Source: Bdellovibrionota bacterium FG-1
Lineage (GTDB): Bacteria > Bdellovibrionota > UBA1018
Assembly: GCA_051382295.1 (NCBI GenBank)
Contig: JBBCAW010000004.1
Span: forward strand, 32,001 to 96,000
Direction: 5' to 3'
Length of the DNA stretch: 64,000 bases
This document shows, in pieces, positions 53,630-62,393 of the stretch (its first letter is position 1; every line of letters starts with the position of its first letter). Under the pieces are notes generated by a model. The model made no database searches. It was not told the DNA's origin and saw nothing but the letters and a program-made list of their open reading frames with translations. A program made the translations under genes and the position numbers.

Positions 53630-54487
53630 ATGTTTAAGCGATGCCTCCTGAGTTTTGCGTTTTTTGCGGGAGTCGTCTCTCTGAACGCCTGTGCGAGTAA
53701 GAATGACAACCCCGCGTTGGATCCTCTCACCGAGGCGTATTCGTTGATGGACCAGGGACAAAACGCGCGGGCGATTTTGATTCTCGAGTCCGAGGCGGCC
53801 CGAAACCCCAAAGACGCCGAAACGAATGTTTTGCTGGCCTCTGCCTATCTGGGGAAAACCGGCGTGGATGTTTACCGGATTTACGACAGTTTCAAAGACG
53901 TGCTTTTTGACCAGTCTCTGAGTGATAAGTTTTGGAAAGCTCTATTGGATCGGTCGATTGCCCCTCCAAACGGGCATTCTCCTATTGAGCTTTTGATTGA
54001 TCAGGTGGATCGTTTTTTGAACTTAGTGAGGGAAGTGGTTTCTTTTTTGAATCGATTTCCCAAGGTGGAAAAAGAGAAGTGGGCGTTGATCGATCAGGCA
54101 CTCGAGCATCTCGACGCCATCGAAGCCACTCGAGATATCAGCCTCTACCGAGTTTTTATTCGAATTATTTACTTGAAAGCGTTTATTAACCTCGAAATCA
54201 TCGGCAACCCCGATTTTGGAAATCGGCAATGGGCTTGCGGCTTGGACCTGAATCACTTTAGAGATGGCCTAGCGTGGATTGCTCGAAACCTTTCTTTGGC
54301 CACCGAAGATTTTCGGCGGGTGTATCCGGATCAATACTCGTCCTTGGCGATTTTTAGCGGCACGGTGACTGAGCTTTATGAGGGCCTGAATGGGCTCGAG
54401 TCGGAGACGTCTCCGAGTGCAACCGGCACTCTGACTCTTCAGGGGCGTTTGCGGGAGGCGTTCAAATGCGAACCCCATCCAAACTGA
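53630..54487 (+). CDS. TPR-like helical lipoprotein
   Basis: LNAC lipobox; EAYSLMDQGQNARAI...LLASAYLG. Confidence 0.7.
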   Translation: MFKRCLLSFAFFAGVVSLNACASKNDNPALDPLTEAYSLMDQGQNARAILILESEAARNPKDAETNVLLASAYLGKTGVDVYRIYDSFKDVLFDQSLSDKFWKALLDRSIAPPNGHSPIELLIDQVDRFLNLVREVVSFLNRFPKVEKEKWALIDQALEHLDAIEATRDISLYRVFIRIIYLKAFINLEIIGNPDFGNRQWACGLDLNHFRDGLAWIARNLSLATEDFRRVYPDQYSSLAIFSGTVTELYEGLNGLESETSPSATGTLTLQGRLREAFKCEPHPN

Positions 54488-55550
54488 TATCCGTTCTTTT
54501 GTTGTTGGGGGCTGCGCGGGTTGACGCCGCTCCGAGTGGTCACGCATTTACCTCGGTGCCCTCCCGGTTTCAGTCGCTCGAGCTGACCACCGGATCGCGA
54601 GGATTGGGTGAGGTTTGTCTATCCAGAGATTCCATGCCGGACGGGACCGTTTGTAATCCCGCGTTTTGCCCGAACTCAGAGAGGGGCTCTTACTCGGAAA
54701 AGTTTATTTCGGTAATGGGTATTCGGCGCTGTCGACGGTCAATCAATTTGTGTATCAACCGATTACCAAAGATTTTTTGCATCAACTCTTTCATCAAAAT
54801 GTCACGAGCGTAGAGGCTCACATTCCCCTTGTTTTTGCGACGCGGTATTTTTCGGCCGAATTTTCGCCCTATCGCGTTCAATACGTCTCAGAGATTCACA
54901 ATCCCAATCTACCCGTCATCGCTATTCATGCCTCAGTCGAAAAAAGTCTCAGTTTTTCGGGGGGGATTCCCCTTTCTTGGGTAGACTCGCGATTCGAAAA
55001 TTTTAGTTTTGGATCCAAGCTCCGGCTGATCCAACGCGATTACGTGCACGGTTCTTTTTCATTTTTTGATGTAGACGCAATCGGCAGTGACCCCCGGACC
55101 CTTTTGCCCTCTCAGACCCAGTACGGAGTTCTGGTGGACTCCTCGGTCGGATGGGCACCCCCCAAGATGTTTTGGAAACCCAGAGTGAGCGTCTCGCTTA
55201 AAAACATGGGCAAACTTTGGCCCGAGGATCCCCTTTATCCAAAACTCACGGACATCAATCTGGGGGTGGGAGTTGAACCTCCCCTGGGTTTTGGTCGTTT
55301 TCGAATGGGTGTGGATTTGATCAACCTGGTTCAAGCAGAGGCTTTGCTCGCGCGGGTTCGCCTGGGGGCCTCGTATCAGTTTGGGATTTTGGAAGTGATG
55401 GCAGGGCTGAATCAGAACTCATTGGCTACAGGATTGCAATTTGCGCTTCATATTTTCCAAGCCGGTATTGTGTACGAATTTGTCCGAGATGATTTTGGGG
55501 GAGCGGACCCCGAGAGTCGAGTCGCCACGGAACTTGCCGTCAGACTTTAA
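54466..55550 (+). pseudogene. OM beta-barrel protein (TraF/PorV-like) split by a single-base frameshift
   Basis: Signal peptide and CNPAF in one frame, barrel in another. The switch is at a T4 run at 54664-54667. Confidence 0.65.
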
Positions 55551-55592
55551 TTGGGACAGTATTAGGGCTATAATAGTATTAAGATAGTACTT

Positions 55593-56300
55593 ATGCCAAC
55601 ATCTGTAACCGTACCAAAACCTAAAGCCGTCCTCTTTGATCACGACGGCGTGTTAGTCGCAAGTGAACCTTTGCATTGGGCCGCCTGGGAGCAGCTGCTG
55701 AGCGAACTTGGAATTCCGTACAATGGTGCGGAAATGGGACTTTTTGTCGGAAAAACAGCCCCAGAAATTATGATGCTTCTCCTCAACCGCTACAAGCCAG
55801 GCTGGAACCCGAGCGAGTACAATCTTACCGCTCTCGCTCGCCGCAAAAATGATATTTACCTGGAGGCAGCAAGACGCGGGCTTCAGCCTTATCCCGGGGT
55901 GCCAGAGGGACTTCAATGGCTGAGGAGCCAGGGAATTAAAACCGCCGTCGTTTCAAATGCCAAACGGCGGGAACTGGAAACCGCGTTACATCAGCTCGGT
56001 TTAACTGAATATTTGGACATTATCGTTTCGCGTGATGACGTCAGTGCTCCTAAGCCTGATCCCACGCCCTATCTTTTTGCGGCGGCCTCTTTAGGCCTGG
56101 AAGGTCACGAATGCCTAGCCGTAGAGGACAGTCCCACTGGCCTTGAGGCAGCTCTTGTCGCAAAAGTCCCGGCGGCCGCCGTGACCACCAACTTCAGCCG
56201 GCAGAACCTGGAAGATCCTGTTCCTGGGCGTCCCGACCTCCATCCCCTTTGGGTGGGCGAATCGATGGAAGAGTTTTTTGAATGGCTCAAGGGGCTCTGA
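55593..56300 (+). CDS. HAD-superfamily phosphatase (beta-PGM-like)
   Basis: FDHDGVL, VSN, KPDP, VEDSPTG. Confidence 0.9.
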   Translation: MPTSVTVPKPKAVLFDHDGVLVASEPLHWAAWEQLLSELGIPYNGAEMGLFVGKTAPEIMMLLLNRYKPGWNPSEYNLTALARRKNDIYLEAARRGLQPYPGVPEGLQWLRSQGIKTAVVSNAKRRELETALHQLGLTEYLDIIVSRDDVSAPKPDPTPYLFAAASLGLEGHECLAVEDSPTGLEAALVAKVPAAAVTTNFSRQNLEDPVPGRPDLHPLWVGESMEEFFEWLKGL

Positions 56301-56304
56301 CTCG

Positions 56305-57354
56305 TTATTCGATAGTAGCAGCTGCGGCGGCGGCGTCTTGATGAGCCTCTTTTTCGAGGAAGTTTCCGACAGGGATATTCTTTAAGGTATGATCACTTAA
56401 TCTCTGACTGCAAATCCCTGCATGAGCTTGATATTCTCGGTTTTTCGACTGAATTTTCGCGACGACGGCCGGTATCTCTTGTTTGGAAAGCTCCACAATC
56501 CTGGGTTGAAGACTATTACGATATTCCAAACCCGTATTTCCGTCGGCGCATTGTCTCCCCTTGTCACGACAGGCAATGAGTTGGTTGTACTCGACCTGAA
56601 GAATCTTGAGTTGTTGAGTCAGGGCACCCCGATCGCCATTACCGCTAATCACGGTCATTCTGTCGCAAGAATCCGAGGAAACCGCTGCTTTCTTTTCCAT
56701 GGTGAGGGTTTGAAATCGGGCAAGAGGAATTGAACTTTTAAAGTTTTCACAACGATCCTTAAAGTTGGCGTCGTCTATCTTGCTTTTGTGATCACACCAA
56801 TTTGCGACCAAAGTTTCGCACTTTTGAACCCATTCAGTAGTCCATGGTTTTTCGTCATTCCAAAAGCCATCGCAGGCAACACTGTTGTTCACGAGTTTAA
56901 CTTTCAAAGCGACGTGTGCAGCCTGTCCTGGAATTAACGGTGCTGTGAGCTCTGAAACACGTTGGGTTCTTTCTAGATACTCGGCTTGGACCGCCTTCAA
57001 TTCCGCTTCCTTTTTTCGGTAGTCGATCGCGGTTCGTTCCAGACTTTGATAAGCCGGTGTGCCCATTTCTAAGGTCTGCAGATGGGCTTCTAAACGAATG
57101 ACATTTTGGTGGGCGTCTCCGAAAAATTCTGACAGGACCTCGTACTTACTTTTTGCTTTTTGCTGTAAAATTTTCTCTTTTTCTAAGTCTTTCAGTTTTT
57201 GCTCATGAACTCGAAATTCTGCCAATCCCTGTTCGTTAAAAACATCCTCTGCCATCGCAATAGGAAGAGACAAACTAAAAATGATCCCGGAACAAAATAG
57301 AACTCCAAAAATCCTGCAGCCTAAAGAAAACTGGGTGATATTAGCCTTTTTCAT
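56305..57354 (-). CDS. Secreted coiled-coil, Cys-containing hypothetical protein
   Basis: Signal peptide ending AMA-ED; GAGGAG RBS. Confidence 0.7.
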   Translation of the reverse strand: MKKANITQFSLGCRIFGVLFCSGIIFSLSLPIAMAEDVFNEQGLAEFRVHEQKLKDLEKEKILQQKAKSKYEVLSEFFGDAHQNVIRLEAHLQTLEMGTPAYQSLERTAIDYRKKEAELKAVQAEYLERTQRVSELTAPLIPGQAAHVALKVKLVNNSVACDGFWNDEKPWTTEWVQKCETLVANWCDHKSKIDDANFKDRCENFKSSIPLARFQTLTMEKKAAVSSDSCDRMTVISGNGDRGALTQQLKILQVEYNQLIACRDKGRQCADGNTGLEYRNSLQPRIVELSKQEIPAVVAKIQSKNREYQAHAGICSQRLSDHTLKNIPVGNFLEKEAHQDAAAAAATIE

Positions 57355-57397
57355 TTTACGCTCTCCTCATTCGCATGGACGAATTGTCTCTAGAATG

Positions 57398-57413
57398 AGC
57401 AATTTCGATGCCA
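57398..57413 (-). promoter_or_regulatory. Sigma54 -24/-12 promoter
   Basis: Minus strand TGGCAT-CGAAA-TTGCT, about 45 bp upstream of the start. Confidence 0.75.
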
Positions 57414-57611
57414 CTCAGTTTTACTGCGAAACTCCAAGGTCTAATCAGACACAGGCTCGATAGTTATGAATTAATTTCCAAAAAATCTCAAAGGTCCGAG
57501 CGGGTGACTGTCTAATGTTCTTAAATTGAACAAAAGTTTTTCACTCTTATAGGGTAGGGAGGTCTACTCAAACCAACCTGCCTTTGTTACACTTAAGGGG
57601 CGGGGGATTCG

Positions 57612-60600
57612 ATGGGTTTACTTTCTTGGAAAAAGAGCTTCGGCTGTTTTGTTTTGGTCGCATCTCTCTGGGGCTTATCCCCTTCTTTGGCTAATGACGT
57701 TTCCGAGGAAACCCCGGCTCTCGCTCTTGAAGAATCTTCGGACGGCTTGCGGCGACTTTTGGAAAAGGCGCCTTTGGCTGGAATGAATTCTGTCTGGGAT
57801 GCGCTTCAAAAGGAATTTGCGGCCGAACCCGCTAGTTTAAGCGGGGCATCGCAACAGTGCGGCTCGGATTCAAAGTGTTGGAATGCTCGTTTTCAGATGT
57901 ATCGTCGCGATGCTCGAGGAGCTTTCGAAAAAGCCTATCAAGATAAGAATCTGTTGATCAGTTCCAAGATTCGAGCCCAATACCAAGGAACTTGTAATCA
58001 CGAGTTTAAGACAGCCTTGGGATACGAGATGTGTCTCGCTGAAAATTTCTTTCATGACCCGAGCGTTGGGCCTTATGCCAAGCAGATGCTCTTATCAGCC
58101 CTTGTGAAATGGTCAAACGGTTTAAGGGTGGCACAAGCTTCACAAGGAAAGATTGCAGGTGGCAAGGATCTTTCTGATGCGCTTTTTCGTCCTGCGCAAC
58201 TTCAGGGGCCCCGCCCTCCGGCAGAGCCTTCGAAGTCCAAGTCTGTAGCCGCTCAGGCTGTCAAACCGGCATATCCTGGGATGGCGCCACTCGATTATCC
58301 TGATTCTGAACATTTCCGCTCGACTGATCCGATTCATTGTTGGAGGGAAGAAAACCGAAGAAACCCCTCGCTCGAAAAAGTAGTCAAAAGCTGTCTCGTC
58401 GCGGATTGCCGCAGGCCTGGGGATGTCCTCGCACACAGCTGTCACGTACTCGACTATTTAGGGTTAACGGGGTTCGGAAATAACAAGGGGCTGCTTGAGT
58501 CCATGGGTTATTTGGATGCAGAGGCTTCTGTTTTTCTAGCTCGAGCCAAGACCATTGAAAAGCTCACTCAGTCTTTTTGTCGGGTGATGGGCCGAGATAT
58601 TGCTGCAGAGGAGTTGGCTCAGAGCTGTCCCAATTCAAAAGACCTCGTGGAAGGAATCCTGGGTAGCCGGAATGGTTCCAATCGATGCACGAACCGAGAA
58701 GTCGATAAGTTTAGTGGCAATCGCCTCGCTCAAGGGATTTTGGCGGAAGCGTGGGATTTGGTGAATCGATTCGATACGCTGACTCCCGCTCAGATTCATG
58801 AGGAACGCGGAAGTGGAAAAGGGGCCCAATCTCCGGTTGCGCATTCTTCGTGTAAAGGGCTGACTCGCGCTGGTGCTCATATCGGAATGACTCCCGAGGA
58901 AATGACCGCATTTAATGAGTGTAGAACTGAGTTCAAAGTGCTGACCGTGCGACTCTACGGAACTCCGGAGATCTTGCCGGAGCAGGATAGAAACTTTGGG
59001 GTTAAAGAAGAACATCTGGAGGAGCTTCTTTCTTATGCCCGTTCGATCGTGAAGCTGTATGGAAAATCGGATCCGAATGATTCAGGGTCTCAGGAGGCGC
59101 TCAGGGGAAATCTCATCAATCACGACGGCAAACGGGTGGTGGATGCGATTCAATCGGCGTGTGCGATGGATTGGAGGGGCCTACTTAAGCTCCCCATGGC
59201 TGACGCCGCCTTTAAAGAGATCGCGGCGATGCAACAACCGAAAACCTGTCCAGATACTCCAAAAGACGCCAAGGGTCGGTGTATATACCCCTGGTACGCT
59301 CAGTGTCTTAAGGATGCGATTGCCTCAAGCGAAAGCGTGAGTTCAAATTTTACAGAAATCTGCGGCGCGCTCAGTATGGGAATGCTTGAGCTTCCTCCTT
59401 TAGCGATTGGAACAGGTGCGGTTTGCTTTGCGGGCTCCCTCGCCCTTCAGGGTAACGACCTGATCGGTCTGCTCAAACAAAAGGAGTTTCAGTTTAGCTG
59501 TTTGGGAAGCGCTGAGGACTGTGGGACTAAGGATTTACAAGACCTTCAAATGAAGGTTCAAGACAAGATGAATTCGGTATTGGCTACTGCTGCATTGGAT
59601 GGGACGCTCGCGGTATCGGGACTTAAGCAATTGAAAGAGGTTTTTAAAACGCCACTTCGGATGAGTCCGGCGGAGTTAAGAAAATATTATCAGTCATTAA
59701 CGAACCTGGATGAGGCGATGCTTAAAGCTGGTCGAGTGACCAACCACGCTGAGCGAAAAGCCGCCTTGGCGAGCATTGAGATAGAAGCCAGCCAGGTCAT
59801 AAAAACTTCAAAAGCAGAGTCGGCGGTGCCGCAGGGTTATGTCTCTCTCTATGAACGAAAGGGAGAGGCGGTTTGGTGCCTCAAACCTCTCAGTGCTCGA
59901 GCGTTAGACGAAGCAGCTGTTGCTAATCGTATGGCCTTAGAGCGTCTCGGAATAAAACCCGAGAGTCTAAAAAGGGAAATGGGGATTTTAGATTCGCAGT
60001 TTCTAACGGGTCCTGACAAGTGGTACTGGAGGGGGCGAACCCACCAGTATGAGATTACCAAAGATGTCCTGCCTCAAGCTGGGAAGGCCAGCGTAGATAC
60101 TTTGATTTTGAAACACCCCGACCTCCCTCGGTATATCGACGAATTGCATCAACTTGGATATAAGTTAGTCGTGGATTCTTCCTCTGGGCTACCCGCCATC
60201 AACGGTGGTAGCCTAGGAGGTTATCATAATGCCGGTTTAAAGGTGATCTCGATTGATCCTTCGCAAGCGTGGAATATCTTTTTACACGAGTTTGAACATT
60301 TAAAGTTCGATCAAAAAATATTAAAAGAGGTCAATTTTTCAGGTCTTCAGGCGGCACTCAAAATCCCGGTGACTCGAGAGCTTCTGAAGGGGCTAGCGAA
60401 GGATAATCCGATGTTAGCGAAAACCATTGCCTTGGCAAAAAAAGGGCTGTCCCAGACCGCAGTCAATGAAACCCTTGCGGTTGAAGCAGAACTCAAAGCT
60501 TTAAAAGCGGAAGGCTATCACTCACTTTCAAAGGCTTATTTGGAGAGGCGAGATAATGCTCTTTGGCACCAAGTACAAGAGCTTTCTCCTCCCATACTCG

Positions 60601-60944
60601 CCGTTGAAAAAAGAACACTTCAGCAAACCATGACCTTAAAACTTGCGATGGCCGAACGGCTTTTGTTTACTCAAGGCCAAGCGCCCTTAGCTTGGGAGGC
60701 TGCATCAGTTTCGGGTCGAACGATGGCTATAACAATGGCTATCTTGACACCGCCTGCGGCAGTGACAACCTGGGGTATGATCCATGTCTCCTACAATGAA
60801 AAGACACATAAACTGCTTATTCGGCACAGCGATGGAACCTATAGCGAAATCTCACTTGAGGACATAGCATCGCGACTGAGTAATGATTCGGCTAACCAAT
60901 ACGTAAAATTTATAGAACCCACTCATCCGATGACTGCGAAGTAA
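57612..60944 (+). CDS. Large secreted protein (1110 aa) with a C-terminal HExxH metallopeptidase-like domain
   Basis: Signal SLA-ND; many Cys; central hydrophobic segment; GGYH...FLHEFEH...NETLA. Confidence 0.7.
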   Translation: MGLLSWKKSFGCFVLVASLWGLSPSLANDVSEETPALALEESSDGLRRLLEKAPLAGMNSVWDALQKEFAAEPASLSGASQQCGSDSKCWNARFQMYRRDARGAFEKAYQDKNLLISSKIRAQYQGTCNHEFKTALGYEMCLAENFFHDPSVGPYAKQMLLSALVKWSNGLRVAQASQGKIAGGKDLSDALFRPAQLQGPRPPAEPSKSKSVAAQAVKPAYPGMAPLDYPDSEHFRSTDPIHCWREENRRNPSLEKVVKSCLVADCRRPGDVLAHSCHVLDYLGLTGFGNNKGLLESMGYLDAEASVFLARAKTIEKLTQSFCRVMGRDIAAEELAQSCPNSKDLVEGILGSRNGSNRCTNREVDKFSGNRLAQGILAEAWDLVNRFDTLTPAQIHEERGSGKGAQSPVAHSSCKGLTRAGAHIGMTPEEMTAFNECRTEFKVLTVRLYGTPEILPEQDRNFGVKEEHLEELLSYARSIVKLYGKSDPNDSGSQEALRGNLINHDGKRVVDAIQSACAMDWRGLLKLPMADAAFKEIAAMQQPKTCPDTPKDAKGRCIYPWYAQCLKDAIASSESVSSNFTEICGALSMGMLELPPLAIGTGAVCFAGSLALQGNDLIGLLKQKEFQFSCLGSAEDCGTKDLQDLQMKVQDKMNSVLATAALDGTLAVSGLKQLKEVFKTPLRMSPAELRKYYQSLTNLDEAMLKAGRVTNHAERKAALASIEIEASQVIKTSKAESAVPQGYVSLYERKGEAVWCLKPLSARALDEAAVANRMALERLGIKPESLKREMGILDSQFLTGPDKWYWRGRTHQYEITKDVLPQAGKASVDTLILKHPDLPRYIDELHQLGYKLVVDSSSGLPAINGGSLGGYHNAGLKVISIDPSQAWNIFLHEFEHLKFDQKILKEVNFSGLQAALKIPVTRELLKGLAKDNPMLAKTIALAKKGLSQTAVNETLAVEAELKALKAEGYHSLSKAYLERRDNALWHQVQELSPPILAVEKRTLQQTMTLKLAMAERLLFTQGQAPLAWEAASVSGRTMAITMAILTPPAAVTTWGMIHVSYNEKTHKLLIRHSDGTYSEISLEDIASRLSNDSANQYVKFIEPTHPMTAK

Positions 60945-60969
60945 TGAAGTCCGCTGAAATACTTGTGCC

Positions 60970-61674
60970 TTAAATTGGAATAAAGACCAGCAAGATAAAG
61001 TTATTTTCAAAGAAGCTCGCAAAATGGGTCGGCAACGTATCTTGGATCCAAACACGGCGATATTCACCGCGATAAAGGGCTTCGATTCCTGCGGAGCCAA
61101 GTTTCAAATCAAGTCCAAGTTCTGCGAAGCCACCATAATAGGCTGAATTACAGATCACGGCATAGGGGAACCCATTGACTTTAGCGCCCATGGATTCGTC
61201 ATCATATTTGATTCGAATGGCTCCCAATAGAACGCCGGCGTCAGCAACTGGGCTGATGAAAGAATAAGGAAAAGGGCGAAATCTTGGGCCCATGCCCACT
61301 TCAAAGCTCATCGTATTGAGATGAATGCCTGAACCCGTGATGGGGCTCTCAGGTTTCCCATCTTCAAAGGAGTATTCGGCATGTCCAGATTGTATGGAAA
61401 AATTACCATAGCCATGGAGGGTGGCCATCGGCAGGCCGATGAGCATGTCGTGCATGCTTTCGACGCCAAATCCATTATTCAGGTGAAGTTGAGGAGTCCC
61501 ATTGGGGAGCTGCTCCACGGAATCCACGGGGGCATGGTAACTAATCCCGAAGCCCGAAACATAGGAGCCAGTGATCTTCGAAGCCGTCGAACCACCTGCG
61601 TAGGTTCGACTTGCAAAGGCAAACACAGCCAGTGAAAAAATCACCAAAAAGGGAAATCGGCTTATAAGTTTCAT
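60970..61674 (-). CDS. Small OM beta-barrel protein
   Basis: Signal TYA-G; alternating strands (EVGMGPRFRP, AELGLDLKLG). Confidence 0.6.
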   Translation of the reverse strand: MKLISRFPFLVIFSLAVFAFASRTYAGGSTASKITGSYVSGFGISYHAPVDSVEQLPNGTPQLHLNNGFGVESMHDMLIGLPMATLHGYGNFSIQSGHAEYSFEDGKPESPITGSGIHLNTMSFEVGMGPRFRPFPYSFISPVADAGVLLGAIRIKYDDESMGAKVNGFPYAVICNSAYYGGFAELGLDLKLGSAGIEALYRGEYRRVWIQDTLPTHFASFFENNFILLVFIPI

Positions 61675-61771
61675 TTACAAGAAATCTAGCATGGTTAATA
61701 CTTCCTTTGCAATTGGATGAATTCATTTTGATGGCCGATGATCGCAATCTTTTGGAAGGTGGGACGGACTC

Positions 61772-62377
61772 TTGAGGTTTCGAAAGATCCTGTGGTTGAT
61801 TGTTATTTCGTCATTCATTGCGTCAGGGCCGGTTGCTCAGGCCTCTTCGAATGCTCGTAAGATTTTTAGCGCCAGTGCCGGCCTTTTATGGCTGAACATG
61901 TTTAAGGTTTCGAGTGATGATGCGGGTTCAAGGAATATCACGGGTACTCCTTACAACTTGGTTTCGGGTGCTCTTTTTATTCCTCTTCCCTGGGATGATT
62001 GGTTTGTTTCACCTCTGTTTGGAATGACCGTGCGCGACCGCTTGAATAATGATGGAGGTTATTCGACCTCACTTATGGTGGGGGCGCTCACCTTAGGAAG
62101 GGTGATGCCTTGGTTTCATCTCGCGGATCTTAAAGCCGGGGCGGGGACCCTTTTTTATAATATTACTACCCACGGTTCGGGAAGTGCCTCGGTTGGAAGT
62201 CAAAGTTATTTTCAGCCCGATTTTGGGACGCTCACTGCAAAAACCACCTTTGCTACGGCCGGGGTGGGCTTGAGTTGGTTTGTTTTTCGAGTAGATGCGG
62301 ACGCTTTTGTGACTGGTTTTTTGTCTCCAAAGCGGTCCCTGACCTTGTTTTTAAGGGCAGGCGTTGCGTTTTTTTGA
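61772..62377 (+). CDS. Small OM beta-barrel protein
   Basis: Signal AQA-S; amphipathic strands; terminal AGVAFF. Confidence 0.65.
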   Translation: MRFRKILWLIVISSFIASGPVAQASSNARKIFSASAGLLWLNMFKVSSDDAGSRNITGTPYNLVSGALFIPLPWDDWFVSPLFGMTVRDRLNNDGGYSTSLMVGALTLGRVMPWFHLADLKAGAGTLFYNITTHGSGSASVGSQSYFQPDFGTLTAKTTFATAGVGLSWFVFRVDADAFVTGFLSPKRSLTLFLRAGVAFF

Positions 62378-62393
62378 AAGGGATTGAGATTTT

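Noticed and set aside
61732..61747. Sigma54-like TGGC...CGCA
   Set aside because: GG-to-GC spacing is 9 rather than the required 10.
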